64,000 nt of DNA from contig NMRA01000001.1 in NCBI GenBank assembly GCA_002633005.1, forward strand, positions 1,876,952-1,940,951. Direction: 5' to 3'. The position numbers were made by a program, and so were the translations under genes. Within the stretch, counting starts at the first letter, position 1. Each line of letters opens with the position of its first letter. Shown here piece by piece: positions 40,343 through 52,384 of this stretch. This stretch comes from Phoronis australis. Its lineage: Eukaryota > Animalia > Phoronida. The notes below the pieces were generated by a model. It searched no databases. It saw only the letters and a list, made by a program, of their open reading frames with translations, and was not told the DNA's origin.

Positions 40343-41099
40343 TGACGGTGCATAGTCAAAACACTTACCCATTCAGAAGGAATTGACATTTAGCGCACGT
40401 AACTACCGTACTTGCAGCTGCATTGATGTGGTAGGTCACCGACTCCGGTCAAAATTTGCGACTTAAGAGTAACGGATATCAAACGGGGCACCAAGTACGT
40501 TAACTTGAAAGCATTTCAATTTGCCAATAAAAATGTCGTTTTACACAACCTACGCGGGTGCTCCCGCTGCCAGTGCTCTAGAGCCAGTCTGCAACGAACG
40601 CCATTACCCGAGTATGGTAATGTTTTTAAGCTCTTTGGATTCAACTAAACATGGCTACGGTGCATCTTCAAACCTCTTGACTAGTATTGAAGAAATGCAA
40701 ATAATTGGTAGATCGTTCCCTAGTAGTCAGTAAGAGCAGACAGAAACCGATGATCACCGTCATCGGGTAGTGCAAGTGCGGCAACCTTTCCGGCTGCCAC
40801 TCCGACAGTCACTGGCGTCCTGCTAATCCTTACAGATGTTCAATGCTTTTACCTGACAATGAAATTGACTGATGATTCTCTGTTAGTCAACTTTTTATTT
40901 GCTGTAGCCGCATATTGTTAATTCTATGAGTCGTATTCTGACACTTCGGGTAACTATAAGTGGCACAGAATGAAGTCAACGCGAAAAACAAAGTTGTACT
41001 GTTCAAAGTGGTTCTCTGTCGCTCAAACAGAAGTCGAACTGTTCACCAAGATTTTTATGGTTTGATGGTAAAGATTTTGAATTTCTGAAAATGTCAAAT

Positions 41100-41760
41100 A
41101 TAAAAAGGTAAATAAAACAACATGGATCAACTGAAATTTTCGGATGTAATAACTTCCTTTGTCAACAGAAACAGAAATAAAGTAAAACCAAACACTATAT
41201 GACAATTGACATTTAAGATATGGTGTAATGAACGTGATACATTTTTGTGTAAAAAATTCAATGACATATTTTGAGAAGTTTTTATGTTCAATCCATGAGG
41301 TTCTATTGTATTGAGCTTGTCTATCCAATATTGTTCTCTTTTGAGTCTGTGAGGGGCACTGGTGTGTTGGAGTTTTTCTATTATTTGTACAGAAAGATCT
41401 TGAATATTAGTTTCAAAGAGCGACCAGTCAACTGGATGTCGATCTTTGTTGATGACTGAGTACGTCATTCCCAAGCACAAGGCAAGGCGGAATGAAACAC
41501 GGTCACATTCGATATGGTGGCAATTAAGGGATACTGACTCCTTTGCACATTTTTTTTCATCCCTTGAGCTTTGATGCAAACAAATAAACAATGATGATTG
41601 TGAACTTGGTGAATGTTTACTGAGTGCACATACTCGCTTATATTGGCTACCATACTTCCCATGCGGAGAGTGTTGGATGAAACTTCGACTGTATAGTTTC
41701 GGCTGTGTTTCAAAGATAGTGAATCGGACGGTTTCTTGCATTATTCAAAGTGAATAACGC
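41100..41760 (-). mobile_element. Penelope-like retroelement 3' fragment: decayed GIY-YIG endonuclease C-terminus plus terminal repeat
   Basis: ...DLSVQIIEKL...RLKREQYWIDKLNTIEPHGLN is the characteristic PLE endonuclease end. It is followed by the TTGACAAAGG..CCGAAA motif shared with 36580-36625. Confidence 0.8.
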
Positions 41761-41824
41761 TCACGTTAATAACCCCAATCAGTCACTGCAAGATTTTCCC
41801 ATTATAAGTTCAGTTCTCATCATA

Positions 41825-42130
41825 GTCGTGCACCGGGCGCTCGGGCCGCGGACATGCCTTGCCAACTACATATGCTGGCTACTGACCACCTAGCGGCACG
41901 CACGGAACCAACGACGCACCGGGCGCGGTAACCTGGTTCCTGGGCATCACAAGCTGACGTCACGGATAGCTTGTGAAGGGACCCCAACCAATCTCGAGGG
42001 TTTCAGTATGCAGGAGACCTACGGGCCCGGCCGAGCGCCCTCTGAGCCACCTTCACCCTTGCTAGATACGCCGAGAGGCGGCAGCACAGACACTCTCCCA
42101 GGTTTCACACCCGCAGCCTGGACTAAAACT
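41825..42130 (+). promoter_or_regulatory. GC/CpG-rich segment upstream of SGPP with CRE and CCAAT motifs; candidate promoter
   Basis: Local GC/CpG enrichment 300-600 bp upstream of the ATG; TGACGTCA at 41955-41962 and CCAAT at 41988-41992. Confidence 0.45.
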
Positions 42131-42448
42131 GAGTCACTGTTGTTGATAAGTGCTAGTATTAACACTTAGTTCCATATAAGTGATACTTTTTGACAAATAC
42201 AAAAGCTAACAATTCTAATTTAGTTTTTTCATTACATTTAGTTGCGTAACATATACAAACACAGCCGGTTTCAGTATCAGTGATAAAGCAATAAAGTAGC
42301 ATCTGGCGGGAGTTTTTCATCGAAGCAACACCATAACGAGGCTGTTGGTTTCCACGAGAGAAGTGAGGAAGTTTGCGACTGAGTGTTCAGGTTCGTCTTA
42401 TACATAAGGCCTATTCAATCGTTCAGTCGATTGAAGATAACAAAGTTC

Positions 42449-43448
42449 ATGGATTATTTGTGGAAACTGAATGATCCACAAATTGTGGCTGACTTTCAGA
42501 GACTGTGTGGCGTTGTAGTGGAGCATGACTCTGCGAACACGAAAAATGGACCGGCTTCCAGCCATTTGTTTCAAAATGGCGACGCGGTTACTCCGAAGTC
42601 CGAGGCCAAAATCCAATCCAAATCAAACGGTATACATGCGTCGCCTTATAATTTAAGGTCAAGGAGAACGTTAAGCAATACAAGTTCGACACAGGAGATG
42701 GAAATAGACGATGATAACAGCGCTAATTCCAGTTCAAGCGAAGATGCCGACACACCTCTGAAAAAACTGAATCCGGGAATGAAATACCATGTCACGAACA
42801 GATTTTTGTATTGGCTGTTCGTCTGTGGAGCTGGTGTTGGCAACGAGCTATTCTATTGTTTCTTCTTTCCATATTGGTGTTGGAATGTTGATGGATATGT
42901 GTGCCGTAGAGTCATCATCGTTTGGGTATTCATCATGTATTTTGGACAGGCTGCAAAAGATGTCATAAGGTGGCCCCGCCCTTCATCTCCCCCTGTTGTC
43001 AGGCTGGAGAAGCGTTATGAGTTGGAGTATGGAATGCCCTCTACACATGCCATGATTGGACTAGCTTTTCCATTTACAGTGCTCATTGCAACCATGAATA
43101 GATATGAGGTAATTGGGATCAGTTATTTACAGGGACACTATTTTGTTAAAGGCCAGTCAATTAATCACAGTGCCCGGTCTCCTACTTCGAAAAATAAGTG
43201 TCCTAATGATTGTTCCAGGTCCATATCCTAAAGAAGGAATTTAGTTCTATTTTCGAGGAAAAATTACACCTTTTGTAAGTTTCAAGGAAAAATTTAACAT
43301 TTATTTTAAATACATGTGTGGTGGGACGGGATTCTCGAATAATGATTTCTTAATTCAGATTTAAATTAGGAGTTGTGTAATTTCAGTGATTTGCAGATGA
43401 CGAGACGAGAGATTCTAATGGTGTGATTACCAACAATACTAACATAAC

Positions 43449-43487
<39 letters not shown>

Positions 43488-46400
43488 GTGATAATAACAA
43501 TACTACTAATAATAATAATAATAATGATAAGTAATTAGTTACAACAACAATCTGAAGTTATGTAGATGTACTCGAGTAGATAGATAATAACAGCAATACA
43601 GCGTCCTCGCTCATTCGTCAGGGGAAGGTGGCTGTGCCTTCAAAGACTGGAATTTTTTTGCCCCACCACCACCAATGCTTGCCATCCTTCGTCAGAATTT
43701 GTCTCAATTAGCCAAAACCAACATTTTGAAGAGTGGTTTTAACTTCAAGTGGAATTTTTAATCATTGGTGGGGAATTTTTGGGCCTGATTAGGAGAAGCC
43801 TACATGATTTATAAACATGTTTCAAAGGGACTTGGGCTAATAAAGTGTACATATTGTAATAATGACAATTTCAATGAATTAACAATATTTGTTCTAATCA
43901 TAATTATAACAATAATAATATGATTTATACTCCTAAGAAGTATTAATTGTATAATAATAATATTAACCACAGGGCTGATTTGTAGAGAACCATCTTAAAA
44001 ACAAAGTACAACCTCAGACTGCTGGTGGCGTCCTCAGCTAGAGCCTCACTCTCCAAATGAGACTTCAAATAGAGTCTTTTCACATTTCTAATGCACACAC
44101 CATCGGCGTGAGTACACGAGACAGTGCGAGTGCCCGGGCATGAGTGCAATTGAAGGGGCATTGTTTACTTGGGCTCTGTTTACTTGAGCGAGAGCACATG
44201 CTTGTATGGCAATATAGCTGTAAAATTCTCCTGATTACATAACAGGTGGGTGGCCGCGATATTTGTTGCGTGTTTGGGTGTAGACAGGGCTCGACATAAC
44301 GAGCTGCAGGTCGCATTTGAAATTTTGAAATGCGAGCTGAGATTTTTGCCAGCTCGTATCAAGTCGCAAAATGCGACCTAGAATTTCTAACGTAAGCGAG
44401 TTGCGTTTTTATACTTCTCGGCACACCGGGCAAATATAAAGCAACTTGTGGTTGTTGCCAAATCAAGTTCAAAAGAACACTAACCACGAGAACATCCCTC
44501 CCGATGACTTGTTAGCGTGTCACATGAAAATGGGATAATGCAGAATTGATCTTTTACGGGTTTCATTGGCTAACATTTTCGGTTAGTTTTGTAAATTTCT
44601 GGATGAGCCAAAAAAGTTTTCGACAACGGCATAAGACGTGATAAAACGTCACAAAAGAGCTGTGTTTCTGCTAATTCTTAGAGGATTAACTTGCCAAAGT
44701 TTGTGGTGGAAAAACATATTTTGCACGTAAGGTGTCCTTATCAAATATCCACGACATAATCCCTGGTATCACAATGCAGCACTTGTTGGTCCCGTTGTTA
44801 GCGCGCAAGCACATCTGTCAAACGACCGTGACTTGGAAATGTGCGTCTGGTTTTGATCGCAAAATAGAGCATACGATAAACGACGGCCACGTCTTTCACC
44901 AAAGTAGATTTTGAGTCGTCAAGAAATTCTCAAACCCTTTACTTGTTTCTTGGGCTGACGTGTGCGACATACGAGTCGTCTGTCACCTGTTGTTGCCAAC
45001 GTAAAGTGTAGGCCTACTCCAACGATTCAAGTGCATGAGCTCATGTGGGTGCACCATTCCAAAGCTGCAAATCAGCGACAGTCCTAAATGAAAGAGTATA
45101 CCGGCTTGGCTTTGTTAAGCACTCGGGTGCCAGTGACTTATTTGACAATGAACTTAATAGATTCCCGGTGGTTAAGAAAGGCCCGATGCTTAACGATATT
45201 CCCTGGGACCGATGTAACCCAGAACTAATGCTTTCCCTCTGTGATGTTCCCCGGGTCGATGTTCCCTAGGCCTGATGATCTATGTCGTAACCAGCTATTG
45301 CCACTAAATGGGTGCAATGCATGTAGATGGGAAATTGTGGTTAGCGAACTTTTTTATTCTTCTCTTCATGCATCCCCCGCCAATTTTTCGCTCCCCAGGC
45401 CACGCCGTAAAGTAATTTTCAAACTCCAATAGAAAGAATCTTGTTCCGGCTGAAGTGGGCGATTAAAATAAAATTATTCTGGGTGCCTAAGGGTACAGTG
45501 TAGGTGGTAATGATAGCCAGAAATTGGCCCCTACTCGATGAAGTTTGCCTGACAAGTTCGTATTACAACGTTTCGTACCATCGCAGTCTTTCAATATCTT
45601 ACTACCTCAAACACTCAGGTTAACAACTGTGCTCTCGTATGCGCCTACTCCCTACCTTTGAAGTGTTTCATAATAAGCGCCCAAAGCTCTACTAAGCGTT
45701 CTTCGTCGACTTTTGAGAATTCTCAATTAAGCACCCACAGTTCAGGCTAGCGACCATCATAGCGCCGCAAACGACCACATGTGGTTTGAAATTGACACGC
45801 AGCCTATATAGTGAGTCAGTCTCATTTTACACAACAAATTCAGTTTTCAAAGAGAACGTCTTTTCTCAATATGTAAAAACCAACCCCGGCTTTGTTTTGT
45901 TCTTCCGAAAGAAAGTAAAGACAGTGCCATATGTGTCGTTTTGTTGACCTATTTTTTCCGTACATGGAAGGTATTGAGGAGCAAAGGTGAATTGCCCGAT
46001 GGAAGCTTGCACTGAGACTTCATTTCATGGAAAACTAATTGTTGAGTACTTAAACAGCATAAGTCCAGCATTTAGTTGTGAAATTTGCAGTGATTTGTAA
46101 ACATGCATCCGGCATACGTCATTTGGCTAAGGCAACGTTTCACGGATTTTTTCGATAGGTTGTTTTTCAAACATCGAGTTAAGTTGCAAAGTTTGGAGGT
46201 TTGCACCTAGAGTTTGGATCTTTAACAATATTGATGACAGTAATATAGCAGGTCAGACCTAGCAAAATCGCGCATCCTTTTCAACGAATATTTTATCCCT
46301 TTTCACGTTGCAAACTTAGATACTGGAATGCACTTGTCGGATAGAGAGTACTGATTCAACTTTCACTGCGGCAACAACCTTTGAATGTCGGTTGTGAAGA

Positions 46401-49400
46401 ACAGTAACATCGTAGGCCTACCTGCATGTAAGAACTCAATTTTGCAACCTGAAATTTAACGCCGCAGGTAAGAGCATAATCAAAACCTTTTCTTGATAAT
46501 ATCTAAAACGGCTATTTTGGTGCGTAAAAATGGCGGGAAAATTTGCAACCTGGCATTTGTGAATTTGAGCTGAATTTTGAAAATGCGAATTTTGAAAATG
46601 CGACCTGGGATTTTGGCTAGGTTGCAAAATGCGACCTGACGATTTTCATAGCGTCGAGCCCTGGTAGAGACGTCAACCCGGAAATGTGTTAGGATTTTTA
46701 CGCTTATATATCATCTACTAAGCTACAGCATTGGGCCCTGAACATAATATGGCCCGACCCTGCCTCGCAGTCACAGGGCCCTCACAACTATGTTTTGTTT
46801 AGAACTGTGACAATGCATGTGCAAAACCAGAGGGTTTCATCGATCAAAACAATATTTGATAGGAACATTGTCGTATGGAACAAAAATATGTGCTTTTTTG
46901 CAGTAGAAGTTGTGGAAGAAGTTGTTTTTCTAGGAAACACATTGTTTGTTGGTTAATTGTTCTGTGCCTGTATTAGGAGGCTCTTGTTGTAAGCTTGAGT
47001 AGGCGAGCAGTTGTTTACAATGAAGTTTTGTTGAATTCCCCAAAAACCTACCACTACCGTGAAGTTGGCATACATGTAACTAATGTCCAACGTATCTCTG
47101 TGATAACCTCATCAGTGAATTGTACCTCAGACAGTGTGACTCTGTTGGTCAATGTTAATCAATGATTTCTTAAAAGATTCACGAAAACGTACCTCATCTG
47201 GGGGGCACTTGCATAGTAAGGGTCTTCTGGTTGAGAAACGTGACAGCAAGTAAAACTCATAAATTGTTCAGCCAGACCAAAAGATTTTGTCAGTTGGACG
47301 AAATCTGACTTGGTCTGGAGGCCCAAGTGCATGAACTAGAACAACTTTGCCGCAGAACTTTTGTCCGTTATTGAAAACAAGACTTATGCAAGTCTGACTG
47401 AAAAATTAAGACTTCTATTGTAGTTTCTCAAATCAGCATTGCCGAGATTCACAAACAGTGAATAGTTTGTAAGTTGCAATTTGAAACCTTACTTTCAATT
47501 TCTGTTTCTTTTAGCGTAGTCCATGACTTATTCAGTTTGAACGGATGTGAATAATTTCCTGCATTCGTCAAACACAAAAACTTTGTCACACACCTAAACT
47601 TGAACTGCGTCTGGCATTGTCATGCTCATTTGAGTGCTCGGCGTGTCATGGAATGCATACGTTAAATCATGGTTCCCTTAAAACTGAAGTTTCTTAAAAT
47701 TTTAGTTGAAGGCATTAGCCTAACATGAGCGCTAAGCTGAATGACTACAGCTCTACAATGTAATTCCTAAAATTGTCACATGGAACAAACTGAAATCAAG
47801 TGACTGATTACATAATGTCAGACTCTCCCAATATTCGTATTTTTTGTACACTTGTTCCAAACGGTTCTCAGTTTTAATATGTGGTTGTCAAAGAATGGAA
47901 GTGTCCAACCATTTTAACATCACATGATTCCAGAGTGATTCAACTGGCATGTAGATTATTGAAACTCCCTTACATCTACCTGAGACAAAGGGCAAGATAG
48001 AACATTACAAAATTGAGGGAGCAAGTGGGAGTACAAACCATTTTAAAGCCATCATTCATGTTGACTCCGGTCATTCATAGGGCGTACATGCATTTAATGT
48101 TTGTGTGTCATTCATAAACAGTTACGTATCACTGATCAATCTCTAAAGGAAGAAGATCTCGAACATTTCATCCTCAAGCTCAGAATTTCGGTCTTTCATT
48201 GTACTTTTCAACCTTTTTCACATTTTGACCCGTGACTTTCCTTTTAGCTTGATGTATACGTTTGTCTTTCTTATTTGCATTGGGGGACCATTGATGAATT
48301 GGCTTCTCTTCTTTATTTGCACGCACTCTTGATGTTATTCCTCCCCTGTCATTTTGTGAGAAATGGACTAAATAGTGTACCCANTTAGTACTTAAAAAAG
48401 CCCAATACAAGGGAGCTGTTTTTGTAAACTTAGGTGTAAAAGCCTTGTTCAACGCATTTTTAATTGTAAAAAAACCCCACTGTGTGTATTGGGGGGGGGT
48501 TACTGGTGAATGGGGTGGGGAGGGGAGTGGGTAATGCGGCGTTGGAATCATGGACGCCCTGGAATATTGGGAACCCCATTTTGGACACCCTATGTTCGAA
48601 ATCCTAGATGAAGCCCTGAGTGTACCCAGTCTGGATATGTATAAAAAATACAAAGCATCCTATTTCTTGGCCGTAAAATTGACAATATAAATTTCTCAAC
48701 AGTCATCAATTTGATGGATTGTCAAACTTTGTGTGGGCTTACATGAAGACGCAATCGTGGTGGAGGATTTGGTGTAGATAAACCTGCAATCCTGATTGAG
48801 ATACCTAGATCAGGTTGAAGCTCAGGTTGGGAGGTTAAGGTTAAAAGTCCATCTCCCAACATAGGGAAGAGATAACATATCCTTGACCATTCTGTGATAT
48901 ATTCATGTAGTGGGTTACATTCATTTGAGCAACAAAGCAATGGTTAAGACTCATTGTGACTAATAAGCAATGTTCATTGCCAGATCCGGGATCAAGGGGG
49001 TCCGGACTTCATAGGGGGGGTCAAGGGGTCTGGACCCCTTTCTTTTTCCCTTGATTTTAATGATATCAAATCTAGAATTTTTTAATTTTTGACTTAGACC
49101 CCTTCTTTTAAAAAATTCTTGATATGACCCCCTTTAAAAAATCCTGGATCTGTCCCTGAAGTTAGAAAATGTTTTGACAGTTATTGTTTGATTTGCACTT
49201 CGAAAGTGACACATCATATAGGTAAAGTTCCCTAGATGTGGTCATTAATCTAGATGTGTCTCTTCAAAATTATTAATACGGATACATTTTTAACAGAACA
49301 GTAGTTAGAAATGGGAGATATTTGCAGTATGCTTAACCAATTATGAAAACGTTGCTGATCACTTTTTTTCTCATTTGGCGGAAGGCACATGTCATTACAT

Positions 49401-52384
49401 TATATTTTGCCACCAAATTTCTCTTGTTGAAAAGTTTCCTTGATCCTGGATTGGATCCATATGTGCCATGCCTTGACCTCTGCGCTTTGGAGATAATAGC
49501 TTATTGGTTGTTTCAGTACCATGTCAACGTTGGGCTGTTCTTTGCCATTCTGTGGACAGTAATTGTCAGCTTGAGTCGGCTTTACCTGGGAATGCACTCG
49601 CTTCTGGTAAGTGATTCTTTCATTTGTAATGGATCAAAATCTAACAGGACCATGCGCCCACATATTTATATGTTTACGCATTATACCGTCATCTCCATCC
49701 GTCTGTTCGTCCGTCCGTTCGGGCGGCGTCCATCCGGCGTCCACTGCTTTATCTCCAAAATCCTTTGACATACGTTCATGAAATTTGTTCCATTCATGAA
49801 TGGGACGGCGTGAGCGAAATTTAGGACGGATCCGAGTACCGGTGTGCCCCCTAGTGGCAATTTTAGTTTTTTACGCTTACCTTTGTATCTTCAGAAGTCC
49901 AGTACGGATTTTCATGAAATTTGGTATGTAGGCACCTATTAGTGGGATGACGCTATCCTCTTGTTTTCGGATGGATTTGACGTAGTTTGCGCCACCTAGT
50001 GGCCATTGTTACTGTTTATTGTGTCCACCCCTCTATCAACCAAACCGCTCAAAGGGTGATTGGGAAAATTGGCATGTATGTGCTTACTATAAAAAGGACA
50101 GTTGATGATGATTTTCCGACGATTTCGCCTACTGTGGCCCCTCCTAGTGGCAGTTTTGTTTTTGTTGTGTCTATGGCCGTTCACAGGATCTTTACTTAAT
50201 TTAGCAAGTGTATTTATGTGATGTTGACTACGGATGACGACGACTTTCAGACAGATCTGACTGCTGCTGTGCCCCCTAGTGTCAATTTTAGTTTTTTACG
50301 TTTAACTCAATATCTTCAAAGGTCGTCAACAGATTTTCATAAAATTTTAAATATAGGCATCTATTGGTGTGATGATGCTATCTGCCCGTTTTTGGATGGA
50401 ATCGAGGTATTTTGCACTTCCTAGTGGCCACTTTTGCTGTTTTCAGATCTTGTTTTTGGTGTCCATCCCTGTATCAACCAAATCATTTGAAAATTGGCAT
50501 ATATGTTCTCAGTGTGAAGACGACCTTTGATGATGGTGGCTGATTATTGTGGCACCTCCTAGTGGTAGTTTTGTTTTGCGCCCATAGTTGTATCTCTTAA
50601 ACCCACTGCAGGATCTTCACCAAATTTAGTAAGACAGTGTATTTATATGAAGATAGCAACAGACGATGACCACTTTCTGACGGATCTCAACGGACACTGT
50701 GCCCACTAGTGGCAATTTCATTTTATTCTGTTTTCCTTTGTTTTTCTGAAGTTCCTTGACAGATTTTTATGAAATATGGCATGTTCCTGTTTGTGAATGG
50801 ATTGTGTGTTTTGTGCCATCTAGTTTCCATTTTTATGATACAAATAAACAACCCTATAAGCACACCATTTGCAATGCGTTCGTGGGCGCATTTCAACGCT
50901 CCGCGTTGCTCTTGTTACTCTTGTTGTAGGTGATGCTGTTGAATTTTCTAATTCAGTTTGTGTAAACAGTCATCTGGTAGACGTTCTTGAAAGGTGCTTG
51001 AATGTAGTTTGTGGTAGAATTGAGTGATAAAAATATCGCTGTTCTTAACTTGTTTGATGTTACCAGGTGTGACATTTCTCTTTTTGGTGACGTTGCAGTG
51101 TACTTACATCAATTCAAACATGGTGGTGCATCGTGTTTGAAAAATTTTGCACCATGTTTGGAAGTCTTGAGCCATGTTTGAGAAACTCTGAACCGTGATT
51201 GAAATCTTGAGCCATTTTTGAAAAGCCAGAGTGTTTTGCTTTCAAACCAAATGATTGAAATTGTGTGGTACATGTTTTATAGTTTAACAGTGAAAATGAT
51301 AGTGACATGCACACCAAGTGAAAATACTGTGTAACTATAGGAGGCAGTGTGGCCTAGTGTGATAGGTGTCGCTTCCATTGCTCAAGGTCGTGGGTTTGAG
51401 TCCCTCTGGGCACACTGTTAGACCCCTGAGTCAGGTCTCTCAAGCTCCTCAGCTCGGTTTTAAGTATATATTAATAAAGCACAAAAATGGTTCCAGGTGA
51501 TCACTGCAACGGGCCCAAATGCACGGCCTGCGCATGTCTGGGACAACGTGTACCAGACTGCCTACAGTTGTTTTCATGAATAAAAGAAAAGGCTACTATA
51601 TGCAAGAACATAACATGCAGTTTGCACCTTTTGTGAATTTTCGTCCACGGAGTACCTTGCATTGTTGCTCAGCATTCTTGTGTTGCTTTTCTATTGCAAC
51701 CTGTTGTCTGCTTGCAGTCACTGTTCCTCAAAGTTATTTACATGTTGTATTCAGAGTCCAAAGTATATTGTCACCTGTGTTTATTCTTTGACATCCATGC
51801 GTTCTCCTTTGCAGGATGTGATATGTGGCCTGTTGTCTGCTGGTGTCATGCTGCCACTGTTGTTCCTCATCATGGACGGCCTTGATGAGTTCCAGGTGAC
51901 GCACCCTTATGCCCCCTACATCATTGTTGGAGGCTACCTCTTGATGGCACTCTGCTACCCTACACTGGATAAGTGGAGCACAGCGCGCGGCGACACCACG
52001 TTGATCCTCGGTGTGGGTGCTGGTGTTGCCGTCGGCAGCTGGCTGAACTTCCATCACGGCTTCATTTCCAAGACGGCACTTGAGCCTCCCTATTACGTGG
52101 TGATCCCCGATGCGGTCTGGTTCGGTCAGATGGCACGTCGTACTATGCTTGGTCTGGTCATCCTGTTTAGCACGCGTGCCATCGTCAAGGCAATCACATA
52201 CCACCTAGTGTGTTACCTGCTAAAGCTGGACAAGAAAGATATGAGCACGCGTCAGCGACTGGCTGTGGAACTGCCTTACAAATTCATCGCTTATTTCTGC
52301 ATCGCCTTTAACGTGGTGTATCTCGCTCCGTGGGTCTTCAGGTATCTCGGCATTGAGCGAATCAACTACTTCACAGAGCTGTGA
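42449..52384 (+). CDS. SGPP1: Sphingosine-1-phosphate phosphatase (PAP2 superfamily, SGPP1/2-like); exons 42449-43108, 49517-49606, 51815-52384; about 439 aa
   Basis: PAP2 motifs KDVIRWPRP (C1), EYGMPSTHA (C2), SRLYLGMHSLL|D (C3); also WSTARGDT and VELPYKF. Phase-0 GT-AG junctions join in frame. SGPP1 versus SGPP2 cannot be distinguished for an invertebrate gene. Confidence 0.95.
43453..43530. repeat. (AAT)n microsatellite, interrupted
   Basis: Directly visible. Confidence 0.95.
44285..46663. mobile_element. 2.4-kb non-autonomous hAT-like DNA transposon with 5-bp TSD
   Basis: Perfect 11-bp TIR CAGGGCTCGAC / GTCGAGCCCTG; GTAGA on both sides; subterminal AAATGCGA(CC) repeats at both ends; no transposase ORF recognised. 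Confidence 0.85.
48382..48618. mobile_element. Second copy of the hAT-like MITE (inverted relative to 25898-26371), partly lost at a single N
   Basis: 8-bp TSD AGTGTACC at 48374-48381 and 48619-48626; 48540-48618 is the reverse complement of about 25898-25975. Confidence 0.8.
48980..49158. mobile_element. Degenerate hAT-like MITE
   Basis: Right end AAAAATCCTGGATCTGTCCCTG with repeated GGGGTC/GACCCC motifs; left end degraded and no TSD seen. Confidence 0.45.
49652..50916 (+). mobile_element. Helentron/HINE-like element, near full length
   Basis: Subterminal inverted repeat ATGCGCCCAC (49652) / GTGGGCGCAT (50882); (CCGT)n-like block; 3' hairpin CAACGC-TCC-GCGTTG followed by CTCTTGTT; internal about 140-bp tandem units. 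Confidence 0.8.
51112..51290. repeat. Dispersed repeat with internal about 20-bp subrepeats; second copy at about 63150-63320
   Basis: ATTCAAACATGGTG.TGCATC.TGTTTGAAAAATTTTGCACCATGTTTGGAAGTCTTGAGC is near-identical at both loci. Confidence 0.8.
51340..51610 (+). mobile_element. tRNA-derived SINE
   Basis: A-box-like TGGCCTAGTG (51350) and B-box-like GGGTTTGAGTCCC (51392) at tRNA spacing; no intact cloverleaf; body plus A-rich tail. Confidence 0.65.

Noticed and set aside
39599-40389. Long ORFs on both strands
   Set aside because: Artefacts of translating through an N gap.
51340-51410. Possible tRNA gene
   Set aside because: A/B boxes are present, but there is no pairing acceptor stem and no T-run terminator; it continues into a SINE-like body.
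51734-52204. 156-aa minus-strand ORF
   Set aside because: Antisense shadow of SGPP exon 3.
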